From Oligoflexales bacterium (GTDB lineage Bacteria > Bdellovibrionota_B > Oligoflexia > Oligoflexales > CAIYRB01), in assembly GCA_041736175.1 (NCBI GenBank), contig JBGSUI010000056.1:1-64000 (forward strand): DNA of 64,000 nucleotides, read 5' to 3'. Positions within the stretch are counted from its first letter, which is position 1, and every line of letters starts with the position of its first letter. Below are positions 20,194-30,600 of this stretch, piece after piece. The notes under the pieces are model-generated. The model saw only the letters and a list, made by a program, of their open reading frames with translations, made no database searches and had not been told where the DNA came from. The position numbers were made by a program, and so were the translations under genes.

Positions 20194-20606
20194 TGAAACG
20201 AATGTCTCCTGATATTGCACAAGGACTTTTAGGTGTTCAAAAGGATGGCCGTTTATCCCCCTGCCCGGATATGCCTAACTGTGTTTGTAGCATGTTCCCC
20301 AGTGATGAGTCCCACACAATCACGCCCTTGTCTTTTGTGGGCAGTCCCCAGAGTGCTAAGGAAAAGCTTAAAAGACAGGTATCCGAGATGAGTCGTGTGA
20401 CCTTGGCAGTTGAAAAAGAGTTTTATCTTCGCTTTGAATTTGTGTCTCTTATTTGGCGATTTGTGGATGATGTGGAGTTTTTGATCGATAAAGATGCTCA
20501 GAAAATTCATATACGCTCGGCCTCACGGGTGGGGTATTCCGATTTGGGTGCCAATCGGTCCCGGGTCGAATCCATCAGAGAGCGGTGGCTTGCTTCCAGT
20601 CCCTAG
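20193..20606 (+). CDS. DUF1499 family protein
   Basis: LSPCP..PNCVCS, F.DDVEF and IHIRSASRVGYSDLGANR.RVE motifs. Confidence 0.9.
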   Translation: MKRMSPDIAQGLLGVQKDGRLSPCPDMPNCVCSMFPSDESHTITPLSFVGSPQSAKEKLKRQVSEMSRVTLAVEKEFYLRFEFVSLIWRFVDDVEFLIDKDAQKIHIRSASRVGYSDLGANRSRVESIRERWLASSP

Positions 20607-20755
20607 GCAGTGGGGTGATCTTATGATCACCGAATTTTATAAAATTTTAATCCATCGTCCTACACTTTTAGGGTATTCTAGGTCCATCAAGGATGAGAAT
20701 GAGAGAGATCAATTTGATCGCACTTTAGTTTTACGACAAAAGGAGTCGCGCTATT

Positions 20756-21955
20756 ATGATGAGCAAACCCTTTGACCGGCGTCGCTTTTTAAAAAACGGT
20801 ATGGAATCCCTGGGTGTCCTTTGCTTGGGGTCCACCTATAGTTCGATGGTTTCCTGTGCTCCTTTTTTACAGGCTTCCAATCTTAAAAATCTTGGACCAC
20901 TAGGTGAACCTGATGAAAACGGGCTGCGTTTAGCCCAGGGTTTTACAGGGCGAGAGCTGGCAAGATCTGGTCACCGGGTGAAAAGGGCAGATGGAAGTAA
21001 AATCGACTACCGCTGGCACCAGTTTCCTGATGGTGGTGCTACCTTTAAAACCGACGATGGTGGCTGGATCTATGTTTCCAATAGCGAGGTTCAGGTGCCG
21101 GGTTGTGGAGGGGCCGGGGCGATTCGTTTTGATCAAAACGGTTGTGTCGTGGACGCCTACTCGATCCTCAGTGGAACCACGTGGAACTGTGCCGGTGGAC
21201 CCACGCCCTGGGGGACCTGGCTAAGCTGTGAGGAAATTGAAAATGGCTATGTCTACGAATGTGATATTTATGGAAACCTCGAAGGAAAAAAGGTCCCTGG
21301 GCTGGGACGATTTGTCCATGAAGCAGCGACCATCGATTTTGAACGCCGCCAAGTCTATCTGACCGAAGACCGGGAAGACGGTCGGTTTTATCGGTTTACC
21401 AGTGAACCAGGGGACAGCTCTGGTCCCATGGACCTAAACAATGGAATTTTAGAAGTCGCCTGCGTGAAGGGAAACAAAGTGACTTGGCTTCCAGTCCCTA
21501 ATCCCACACCAGGTATTCTGTCGACAGCGACCCGCTATCAGGTGCCTGAATCAAGCCCCTTTAACGGAGGCGAGGGGGCCTGGTACCATGAGGGTGTGGT
21601 GTTTTTTACGACCAAAGGTGATAACCGGGTTTGGGCCTATGATGTGACCCTGGAAACCTTATCGGTTCGCTATGACTATTTGACCGCTAAGACACCTATG
21701 CTCAAAGGCGTAGACAACGTTATGGTCACTGCTGATGGACATATTCTTGTGGCCGAAGACGGCGGCGATATGCAGATCGTGATCCTTGGCCCTGGGGGGG
21801 AGATCTATCCCTTGGTTCAGGTTGTCGGCCAAGACAAATCTGAGATCACCGGTCCGGCGATCAACCATCTAGGAAACAGGCTGTACTTTAGTTCGCAGCG
21901 GGGCAATGGTATGGGAATCACCTATGAAGTTGCTGGAAATTTCTTAAACCTATAG
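20756..21955 (+). CDS. PhoX-family alkaline phosphatase (DUF839), Tat-exported
   Basis: Twin-arginine DRRRFLK; PDGG, SNSE, NCAGGPTPWGTWLSCEE, GRF.HEA, YLTED, DN...EDGG, SEITGP, SSQRG. Confidence 0.88.
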   Translation: MMSKPFDRRRFLKNGMESLGVLCLGSTYSSMVSCAPFLQASNLKNLGPLGEPDENGLRLAQGFTGRELARSGHRVKRADGSKIDYRWHQFPDGGATFKTDDGGWIYVSNSEVQVPGCGGAGAIRFDQNGCVVDAYSILSGTTWNCAGGPTPWGTWLSCEEIENGYVYECDIYGNLEGKKVPGLGRFVHEAATIDFERRQVYLTEDREDGRFYRFTSEPGDSSGPMDLNNGILEVACVKGNKVTWLPVPNPTPGILSTATRYQVPESSPFNGGEGAWYHEGVVFFTTKGDNRVWAYDVTLETLSVRYDYLTAKTPMLKGVDNVMVTADGHILVAEDGGDMQIVILGPGGEIYPLVQVVGQDKSEITGPAINHLGNRLYFSSQRGNGMGITYEVAGNFLNL

Positions 21956-21974
21956 TCGCTTTAAGAACTGACTA

Positions 21975-22068
21975 GGGTCGAATTTGGGCCTCGACCCCAC
22001 AGTTGGCCAACTGATTCGTCCCGGGCCCAAGGGCCGCAAAGGCCTATATTATCGCGATGCCCCGGGAC
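21975..22068. repeat. Hairpin-rich intergenic element containing a partial copy of the dispersed TGATTCGYCCCGGGGCGAA palindrome
   Basis: gggtcga/tcgaccc stem; perfect palindrome CAGTTGGCCAACTG (22000-22013); tgattcgtcccggg (22012-22025) identical to 49123-49136; inverted gccccgggac near 22059-22068. Confidence 0.6.
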
Positions 22069-22126
22069 ACATAGGCTTGCGTTGGTACTTTTTCCTAGGC
22101 TCACACCTAAATGGCGCTGTGACCAC

Positions 22127-22486
22127 TTAGAAACTCTTAACACCTAATACCTGAGTTAAGCGGGCCAATTTTTTATCGAGGGTCCAGAGGGCCGAAGCAT
22201 TCAACAAGCTTGATGTGAGCAGGTGAGCATCAATCCACCCAATCCCTTTACCAAAGAGCTTATATTCACCGATGAGAGTAAGGACTTCTAAATCCATGGC
22301 CACTTTGGCTTTAGGCAACAGTGGAAGCAGACTCAAGATTTCCTGACGTTGCCGATGTCCGCCACAGGCTATCTCACCTATAACACAAGGGTGGGTTAGC
22401 ACTTGGCCTTCGGTCAATAAAGTTGTTAGATCTTTATTAGACTCTCGAAAGTGCTCGATCCAAACCGATGTATCTACTAAAATCAT
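22127..22486 (-). CDS. vapC: VapC PIN-domain toxin
   Basis: MILVDTSVW, GEIACG, D..L..S and LWTLDK PIN acidic residues; downstream of antitoxin gene. Confidence 0.92.
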   Translation of the reverse strand: MILVDTSVWIEHFRESNKDLTTLLTEGQVLTHPCVIGEIACGGHRQRQEILSLLPLLPKAKVAMDLEVLTLIGEYKLFGKGIGWIDAHLLTSSLLNASALWTLDKKLARLTQVLGVKSF

Positions 22487-22515
22487 CGTGCCCCCCAATA
22501 TCTCTTAAGGTGATT

Positions 22516-22707
22516 CTAGCCAGCACGACGTCGAGGTGGCGCCTTTGCCTTTTTATCGCTGCCACCAAGTGCAGCAAGCCTCTCCGCTGCCACCCGTGCA
22601 ATCAACGCTTCGAGAGCAGCATGTACAAGGGCAGTTTTTTCCTTAATATTAGTTAGTTCTACGGCCTTTTTTAGCAACTCATCTTTTATGATGATTGTGG
22701 TTCTCAT
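22516..22707 (-). CDS. vapB: VapB antitoxin
   Basis: MRTTI.I.DELL..A..LT...EKTALV..AL.ALI....A.RLA.LGGS is the typical VapB pattern; directly upstream of the PIN gene. Confidence 0.9.
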   Translation of the reverse strand: MRTTIIIKDELLKKAVELTNIKEKTALVHAALEALIARVAAERLAALGGSDKKAKAPPRRRAG

Positions 22708-22733
22708 AGGCGATTCTCCCTTTTTACTTTCCC

Positions 22734-22765
22734 TTTATGCATAAAAAGCATGGTAACATATGCAT
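22734..22765. promoter_or_regulatory. Probable VapBC autoregulatory operator
   Basis: Perfect palindrome TTTATGCATAAA (22734-22745) and a second TATGCAT (22759-22765) just upstream of vapB. Confidence 0.55.
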
Positions 22766-23060
22766 CAATTATATGCCCTTCCTATAGGTAAAACAAACCT
22801 TTTTTCCAAGCACTAGTTTTATAAATTATAATTTGCTTTACTTTCCATAACACAGCCCAACCACGGGTGATGTCGCGAGCCATGATCCATACCGTGAAGT
22901 TGTAAATGATGGGCGCTGGTTAGCTCAATCGTGGCTGGTGATTTTGAAAAGCCATCTCTCCCAGGCCTTGCCTTGTTTGCTGGTCAAATCGAGAAATTTA
23001 GACTATAAGCCCAACCTGACAACTGTGTCTTGTTCATAAAGGCTATGTGGGGAATCTAGG

Positions 23061-24713
23061 TTGTTTGCAAAATTTCCGAGACTTGTCGTTTCTCTAGGTT
23101 TTTTGGTCGTTATCTGCTGGCTTTCGGTGACTATATATCAGGAAAATCATCCAGATGAATGGTACCAAGTCATTGAGTGGGGATCCTATCTTGATTCCAA
23201 AACCATTTTCGGCACGACCGAAGTCTATGCGCATATGCGAAATTGGACTCTACCTATTTTATTCTACTGGATCATCCTCGGTTCCGAGTGGATAAATTTG
23301 AATCAATTTATGAGCCCATATAATATCGCTCGCCTTGTGACAGGAGCTTTTCACCTCCTTGGTGCTTTTTGTATCATACGGCTCTATAAACAAGATTTTT
23401 TCAAAAATAAACGCGACGATTTATACCTGCTTATTCTTTGTCTCTTACCTGCATGCCAATTACTAGAGTCCGTGCGGACCAGTATGGAACATTTTTCTTC
23501 GTTGTTATTTCTTTTTGCCGTGGGCATTCTCGCTAGCGACAAGCCAAAAACATTTTTCGCTGGATTTTTTGCGACTCTTGGTAGCATTGTGCGATACCCT
23601 TCTGCATCTTTTGGTCTTGCTTTTTTGGTCGCTCAGTTTTTCATTTCGATTAAACGCTCTAGAACTGAAGGTGTTCACTTAATCCTAGGATCACTTACCG
23701 CTTTAATCTTAGGCGGGGTTGGTGACTACCTCTTTTATGGAAGACCATATGAGAGTTTTTGGATGTACGCACAGTATAATCTCTTGACGGATCTTGCGAG
23801 CAAAAACTTTGGTTCCCAATCAATTAATGTATATTTCTCATATTTCATTGATACCTTTCTTACGGAGAATTTTTTATTAGGTTTTTCCGGGATTTTTGGC
23901 GCCTTTTACTATTTTTCGCTTTGTTTATATAGGGGGCAGCCGCTCGCAATAGGCATTGCTGCTTACCTAATCATTCACGCTTTTCCTTCTCACAAAGAGG
24001 CTCGTTTTATGAGCACTCTCCAGATATTTTTCATTTACTATGCCTATTCAGGTTGGCAGTTGATATTGGCTAACTACAAAAATTCGTCTTTTTTAAAAAA
24101 CAAGTATTTTTCAGGATTTATTAAGACTTGGCAAAGATATTTTCCGATTCTATTAGGGATTACAATTTTCTTTAATGTTCTGAAATTACTAGATTCTGTT
24201 ATGGTGCATGTCGGGAGTCACCGGAGTCTTGTTTCTCACCTAGACACCCTATATGACGAGCCTATTTGTGGTGTTATTCTTGACCGAGAATATCCAACTT
24301 TCTTTTTGCCAAAACCATGGCTTAGAGACACTCGATTTATCTGGGGCAGCTGGGGACCACAGGGTAGAACTATCGTTAATCATACTCCCGATAGCCAGTG
24401 CCCCAAAGGAAAGATGCTTTTGACACTAACGCCTAGGAATTTTTTGAACACTGGAATCAATCAACACTGTCGACCGATCACTCTTAACCAACCGCCATCC
24501 GTTTTCGCTAAACTAAAGATCATCATGACTCCAAACAATGTAGTTTTGCCTGCAACCTATTTATGCTCGAGTGTGATTTTAGATAGCCCCCATCCTGGAG
24601 CAGTGTTCTTAAGGGAAATTCTTCCGATACCAGAGCTGCCAAAATGGGGAACAACAACTTCTGAACTTGAGACCTTTATCACTAGACGCCGGGAGCAAAA
24701 TTTGTCCGATTAG
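23061..24713 (+). CDS. GT-C membrane glycosyltransferase, GT22 (PIG-B/Alg9-like mannosyltransferase)
   Basis: HPDEWYQVIE, RNW..P, RT..E, D..FYG and HKEARF motifs; many TM segments; visibly AT-rich. Confidence 0.75.
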   Translation: MFAKFPRLVVSLGFLVVICWLSVTIYQENHPDEWYQVIEWGSYLDSKTIFGTTEVYAHMRNWTLPILFYWIILGSEWINLNQFMSPYNIARLVTGAFHLLGAFCIIRLYKQDFFKNKRDDLYLLILCLLPACQLLESVRTSMEHFSSLLFLFAVGILASDKPKTFFAGFFATLGSIVRYPSASFGLAFLVAQFFISIKRSRTEGVHLILGSLTALILGGVGDYLFYGRPYESFWMYAQYNLLTDLASKNFGSQSINVYFSYFIDTFLTENFLLGFSGIFGAFYYFSLCLYRGQPLAIGIAAYLIIHAFPSHKEARFMSTLQIFFIYYAYSGWQLILANYKNSSFLKNKYFSGFIKTWQRYFPILLGITIFFNVLKLLDSVMVHVGSHRSLVSHLDTLYDEPICGVILDREYPTFFLPKPWLRDTRFIWGSWGPQGRTIVNHTPDSQCPKGKMLLTLTPRNFLNTGINQHCRPITLNQPPSVFAKLKIIMTPNNVVLPATYLCSSVILDSPHPGAVFLREILPIPELPKWGTTTSELETFITRRREQNLSD

Positions 24714-24886
24714 ACTGAACCATAATTTTCAGATCTTCAAAACCGCTGTTTCCCCCTTAAGTCCATAGCATCTCTTACAATGCTAAGCTGGTAAGGCGCA
24801 ATTAAAAAAGTTATCTGGCGATCCAGTGATCATGGCTAGCTTAGTAGTTATAATAAAATTAGAATGTATTGTTTCCTTAGCAAAGT

Positions 24887-25213
24887 ATGTCAATAATACA
24901 GGTATTCACGGAGTTTAAATTGGTAAACCACACAGTGGACACCGACCCAAAAGTGCCTTTGACATCAGGTGGAAAAACCTGGAAGTTAGCCGGAAAGGTT
25001 ACCTTGGTGCTGGTAGGAATCCTATTAGCCGCTCCGATTATAGCGGCCAATGTCAGTTGGATCCTAAGTGGCTTTGAGAGCAGTCCGACTAGTACGAAAG
25101 ATCACGGTGTTTGGTTGCTCCTTTATTTTTACACCCTACCTCCTGCATTACTGCTTGGACTGATTGCACCGGTCTGTTTTGCAATCGCCTGGACCAAAAA
25201 TAAAAAGGAGTGA
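24887..25213 (+). CDS. Small two-TM membrane protein
   Basis: Two hydrophobic segments and basic C-terminus; followed by a terminator-like hairpin; start uncertain. Confidence 0.55.
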   Translation: MSIIQVFTEFKLVNHTVDTDPKVPLTSGGKTWKLAGKVTLVLVGILLAAPIIAANVSWILSGFESSPTSTKDHGVWLLLYFYTLPPALLLGLIAPVCFAIAWTKNKKE

Positions 25214-25241
25214 TGTGAAAGAATCGACCCTTTAGAGCCAA

Positions 25242-25281
25242 GGTGCCAATAGGTAGTTGGCGCCGCTTTTCTCTTCTTTTT
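25242..25281 (+). terminator. Probable intrinsic terminator
   Basis: Stem ggtgccaa/ttggcgcc (one G-U pair) followed by a T-rich tract. Confidence 0.55.
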
Positions 25282-25317
25282 CGAGGGTTCTACCCCTTGT
25301 ACGTAGGTAAATGACGC

Positions 25318-26172
25318 CTATTTAGTTGATCCAAGCACAGCGATTTCGGCTAACTCGGGAGCTGACCGACGTCCCACCAGGATGGACGTTACCGAGGGAG
25401 CTGACTGCCAGGCGATAAGGTTGAGGGAATCCGAGGAGTAGGTTTGAAAGACTAAAGACCGCATGTTTCCCGTCTCTGCTTTTGGTAGATCGCTGAGTTC
25501 GCCTTTGTAAGAGAAGTGGAAGAGTTTTTCGCTCGTTTCTTTGTGATGGTATTGGACCACGCCTACTTTTTCGATCTCGTAGTCGATCACGGAAGCCCCA
25601 TCCGGCTCCCAACTATCGGGGATATCCTTTAGGACTTTAAAGGCGAAGGAGAGGTCGGGATTTGAGCTGAAAAATTGTCTGATTTCGTTGATCTCATTGG
25701 TGGGTAGGTTGAGGCGTTCTTCTTTGCTTTCTTCAAGCATAAGAGCTTCAAACCCAAGGTATTCAAGCGGCTTAAAAGTAGGGCCAGATCTAGGGGCAAA
25801 ACGCCAGACCAAAAACAGTCCAAGTCCCAGGGCGATGACCCCAAGGACCATCTTGCGGACAAATTGTGATGAACCCTCACGGCGGCCAAACTGCTCGATA
25901 TGGACGACTTCTTGGGTAGCTTGAACGGACCTATCCTGGGCAAACCCCCGCAACTCCAGCAAGACTGATTCGCTTAAGGTCAGCTCCTGGAGTTTGATCT
26001 GTAATTGGCCCCGCTTTTGGACGAATTGATCCAATAGATTTTGGTTGCCTGCTTCCTGAAGCCATTGATCCATTTTGGCCTTCATCTCAGGAGCCAGCTC
26101 TTCATCTAGGTATTCACCCAGGTGGCTAAACAGTATTCCAACAGAAGTAGAATCTCCAGCCACCTGTCCCAT
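25318..26172 (-). CDS. Putative transmembrane anti-sigma factor
   Basis: L.EYLDEEL zf-HC2-like N-terminus without Zn ligands, one TM helix, periplasmic domain; directly downstream of the ECF-like gene; AAGGA supports ATG 26172. Confidence 0.68.
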   Translation of the reverse strand: MGQVAGDSTSVGILFSHLGEYLDEELAPEMKAKMDQWLQEAGNQNLLDQFVQKRGQLQIKLQELTLSESVLLELRGFAQDRSVQATQEVVHIEQFGRREGSSQFVRKMVLGVIALGLGLFLVWRFAPRSGPTFKPLEYLGFEALMLEESKEERLNLPTNEINEIRQFFSSNPDLSFAFKVLKDIPDSWEPDGASVIDYEIEKVGVVQYHHKETSEKLFHFSYKGELSDLPKAETGNMRSLVFQTYSSDSLNLIAWQSAPSVTSILVGRRSAPELAEIAVLGSTK

Positions 26173-26191
26173 GCTTATCCTTTCATCCACT

Positions 26192-26662
26192 CTATGCTTC
26201 AAAGGAGGTATTTAGTAAGGTTTTTCGACCATGCCCTAAATGGGCTCGTAGCTGATTTTCTTGTATTCCTAGGGTTTTTGCCGAATCTTTTACGGTCAAA
26301 CCAGCAACATCGACCAAAAAAAGCGCGGCTCGGGCTTCGAGGGCGAGCGACTCAAACATCTTGGCGGCGTGTTTTGCTAAGGTTAAGCTCGGAACTCCCG
26401 ACTTTTTGCTTTTGCCTTCCTGAAAGGCTATCCAGGATTCAGCTAAAAGTAAGCCTTTGGTGTTTATTTCCTGTTTGACTGTCGTCGGAGTGAGTTGGCT
26501 TGCGGTCTTTTCGAAAATGCGTTTGACCAAACCCAAGGACGTGTCGAGACTTAACGTTAGGCAAAAGGCAAAACGGTAGACGAGATCGGCATGAACGACC
26601 AACTGCTCGTGGTAATACTCCATTACAGAGTCATCCATCATTTTCTTCGACTGAGTTGCCAC
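26192..26662 (-). CDS. ECF-type sigma-70 factor, divergent
   Basis: H..LVYRFAF.LT region 2 start; L..E.RAAL.L.DV.GL...D.A..LGI.....R..L..GRK.L region 4. Confidence 0.72.
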   Translation of the reverse strand: MATQSKKMMDDSVMEYYHEQLVVHADLVYRFAFCLTLSLDTSLGLVKRIFEKTASQLTPTTVKQEINTKGLLLAESWIAFQEGKSKKSGVPSLTLAKHAAKMFESLALEARAALFLVDVAGLTVKDSAKTLGIQENQLRAHLGHGRKTLLNTSFEA

Positions 26663-26849
26663 GTCGAGTTCTCCTCGTCCCTAATGCCCATCTGACCATA
26701 GCCACGTCAAAAAGAAAGATCTCAATATTTTTACGCGAAGGATATACAATCTTATGTTAGCAACCCCGATGGATGGTGGCAAGAGGGGCAACCTTTAACC
26801 TCATTAAGTCCCACGTCTTGGGAGATGCCGGCGAGGGGGGAGAGTTCCT

Positions 26850-27608
26850 GTGAGCACATTAGATTTATCTCAATGGTTAGTGGTTGTTCCAGCTCGACTG
26901 GGTTCCCAGAGATTGCCTCGAAAACCCTTGGCGGATGTGGGTGGGCGACCGCTGATTGTCAGAGTGATCGATAACTTAAAGCCCCTTCGAGACCTGGGGG
27001 CGCTGGTCCTCTGTGCCACCGATGCTGAGGAGGTTCTCGCAGCCGTGAAGCCTTGGGGATACCAGGGGATGCTCACCGCCAGCGCCCATCCCAGTGGAAC
27101 TGATCGTTGTGCCGAAGTTGCTCAGAGATACCCTAAGCCCTTTGTGTTGAACGTTCAAGGTGACGAGCCTTTTGTAGACTGTGGGGATCTTACCAGTTTA
27201 TGTACGGTCCTCCAAAACGACAAAGCAGCCCAAATGGGGACACTGGTCCATAGATCCCAGGATCGAGACCGCTTTTTTGATCCTAATGTGGTCAAGGTGG
27301 TGGCTTCAGATTCTTTCCATGCCCTCTACTTTTCTAGGGCACCGATCCCTTTTGATAGGGAACAGGGTTTTCCGGGGTCTTTTTGGCAACATATTGGAGT
27401 TTATGGCTTTCAACGGCAAAAGCTTTTGGAGTTTCCGGCTCTGGGTCAGACCGCGCCGCATCCTTCTCTAGAGGCCATTGAGAAATTAGAGCAACTCAGA
27501 GTCTTAGGGGCTGGGTGGAAGATCGCCCTGAGTGTCGCCAAGGGTATTGCCCGTGGGATTGATACACCTGAGGATCTTGAGGCAGCTCGGCAACGTTTTA
27601 AATGTTAA
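26850..27608 (+). CDS. kdsB: 3-deoxy-manno-octulosonate cytidylyltransferase
   Basis: PARLGSQRLPRKPL, SGTDR, NVQGDEP, ALYFSRAPIP, HIGVY, EKLEQLR, IDTPEDL. Confidence 0.96.
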   Translation: MSTLDLSQWLVVVPARLGSQRLPRKPLADVGGRPLIVRVIDNLKPLRDLGALVLCATDAEEVLAAVKPWGYQGMLTASAHPSGTDRCAEVAQRYPKPFVLNVQGDEPFVDCGDLTSLCTVLQNDKAAQMGTLVHRSQDRDRFFDPNVVKVVASDSFHALYFSRAPIPFDREQGFPGSFWQHIGVYGFQRQKLLEFPALGQTAPHPSLEAIEKLEQLRVLGAGWKIALSVAKGIARGIDTPEDLEAARQRFKC

Positions 27609-27618
27609 GGAAGAGTTC

Positions 27619-30600
27619 ATGGTAAAGTTTCTAAGCAAAAATATATTTTGTGGACTCATCACATTAATTTTATGCTATTGTCAGTTTATGATAGACCAAA
27701 CATCCTACGCGCTCCCTATAGGTTTTGGAATTAATCAGGGTCCCATCCGGTATAACGAAATTACATCGAATAACTTTCTTGTTTATCTAGATCGCCGCAC
27801 TCCACAAGAAGGCTTTATGGTGATGGAGTCCCTTGAAGCGGCGAGGAATCCCCTAGAGCTTTGGTTTGGCAGCAAGCGGACCCGTCCGCTCCCGGTGATC
27901 CTCTCGGCTGTGACGGAAAATGCTTCTTTCGCCAATTTTTTAACAGATGTCCTAGAGATCCAAAGTTTAGGTCAGGGGCCAAAATCCCTTTTTCTCCATG
28001 AGTATGTCCACCAAGGTATGTACCGCACCCTCGATAATTTTTTAGGTCCCATAGGCAATATTATCCACCTGCCTTGGCTCCCAGCCTGGTTTATCGAAGG
28101 ACTTGCGGATAGCCTCGCTCTGACGGTAGGTTCCGATGGTATGGCGGGGATTGAGCGTTATCAGGCACTGAGCGGGGATTGGCCCAGTTATGATCGGCTG
28201 CATAGCCTCTATACTTCAGGATCTTTTTCGGCGCGGGGTTACGCAACCTCAGCAGGAATGGTGCGCTTTCTCCTTAAAAAAATCGGACCAGACCGATTGA
28301 GTCTCTTTATGCATCAACTAAGGGCCAACACTATGCCTTGGTGGTGGCCGGTCAGCGTTGTCCCCTACCTGGATACGATGCCTTTTGATAGGGCGCTCAA
28401 GGAGTTTGCGGGACTTAATGGACGAGATTTCTATGAGCTTTACAAAAAAGAAGCGAAAAATCGCTGGGAATCTTTGCCTGGGTCCTTCTATTTAGAGCCT
28501 GCTGTGAAGGGCCAGGTTAGGCCCATGAGCGTTCAAGGGCCCTCGACGTTTGATCCAAGGCTCGCTCCCTTGGTTCAAGAAGATGGCAAAAAGGGTCACC
28601 ACGGGACCGCGGCTTTGATTGCGGCGGGGTCCATAGGCAAATCTGCTGGTTGGCAAGGTGATGATCTTGAATTCGATGATAAATATGATTTTATTGTAGG
28701 TAGGTCTGAGAAAGCAGGGGAGGGAGAAAAAACCTCGCCTGTAAAAAGTGATTTTATGCCTGAAATCGAGTATGAATATGGAGAAAATTATGATCTGTTT
28801 ACCAAATTTAAGTTTAAAGAAAAAATATTTAAGAGAAAAGGTTTCGTCAGCAATTTATCCCAATCTAAAACCGACTATATCTGGCTTGAAACCGTACTAT
28901 CAAAGATGTCCTTATGTTTGACTCGCAAAAATTCACTGGCCAAAAACAAATTCCATGTAGTCTGTCCCTTGCAAGTGAAGATGCCCCAGTCCCTAAAGGT
29001 GATTGGCGGAAAGCCTGTCGAAGCAGAAAAGCGAAATATTTTGTCCACATTGTGGCTGACCATAAGCGAAGAACGTCTTACTGGAAATGTATATAAATTG
29101 GCTTTTTTTGATGCTGCGACTAAGAAGATCACCATAGCCGCAAAAAACTTTACTGCACCCCCCGTCGACGTAGCTTTTGTCGGTGCGGACACGTGGCTTT
29201 TGGTCAGCGAGCGCTATCGCCAGACGCTTCGTAAAGTTGACGCTGATCTCAACTGCCAATCCATGATTTTGACCAAAGATCACCTCTTAGGCATCCGGGG
29301 ACTTGATGACAAAAACCTTATCATGCGCCTCTATGCGGGGTCCGAGACCTGGGCTCGGAGAATCAACCCCCGGGAGCAACCTTTGGTCCCCTGTGAGATC
29401 CCCCTAGCTCCTGTATCTCCTCTTGAAGTAGCGATGGGTTCTGCAAAACCTATAGCCCTGTCCGTGGCCTTGGCCGGATCAGAGATTTGGGTGGACGAAG
29501 TAAAAAATCCAAATAAGGCAGAAAAAATGCTGCAAAAAGAGCCTTCGAGTGTCTCAGAAAAACCTCTGGGTAAAGCCGCTGCAGACAAGTATTCCATAAA
29601 AAAACAGCGATGGCGGGGGCGTCCAGTTTTTTTGGTCCCGTGGATCGGCGCAGAAGACGCTTTAGGCTACCAACTGGGGGTGATTTCTGTTCCTTTGATG
29701 GATCATTTGCAAAACGAAACCATCCGGGCGACGGTGCTCGTGGGAGCAGCAAGCAGGTTTCCGTACCAAGAAGTCACGCTAACGTCGACCCGCTTTCGTC
29801 CCACATACAATCTGGCTGTTTATCGCCAGCAGTCCTATAACGGCCAATTGTGGATCCGCTCCACCAATCAGATAAAGACTAGTTACCTAGACGAAAAAGG
29901 AGTGCGTATCGAGGTCTCGCGGCCACTGCGACTTGGTGATACAAAGGTAAGTCTATCCGGCGGGCTTAAGGTTGCCGACCTAAAGCCCTACCTCGGCCCT
30001 TCGATCCTAGGTCGAGGGGTCCTGGTGGAGCCCATGGGATCGATTGAATTCTATAAAACGATTTTTGACGACCTCGGTCTCTCGACGAGTTTGTCGGGAA
30101 GGGTGGCTCCTAAGGGCCTTAATAAAACCTGGGACTATAATCAGATTGGTTTTTCCAGTGGCCTTAGCATCCCTCTATCCCTTTGGAATTCGTCAGCGAG
30201 TGTAGGGATTGAGGGGTCTCGCACCAGGGGGATTGCCCAGCGGGATTACGCGGAGATTTATCGTCCACTTAAGACTTTTATTCCAGGGTCGGGAGGTGGG
30301 TACAATCAAAACAACTTTCCTATTGTCGAGAGTGGCTCTGGACTTTTTGCCTCCCAAAATGGCGACACCCAAGGCAGGTTTAAAGGCCACTGGACTGTTC
30401 CTGTGGTCCCTGACGTGGACAGGATGTTTTGGTTGATTTATGCAGATCGACTAGATTTTACGGCTTTTTATAATTATGGAGGCGCTTGGGACGGAGCCAA
30501 GCCAAGCCAAGGGTTTGCTGGTTTGACCAGCGCCCATGGGTATAATTTAGATTTGCAGATGGAAAACAAGGGAGTGCGATTTAATATGGGTTTAGGAACC

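Noticed and set aside
22911..22945. tRNA-like start (gggcgctggttagctcaatc)
   Set aside because: No closing D-stem (GAGC), anticodon arm or TTCGA T-loop follows.
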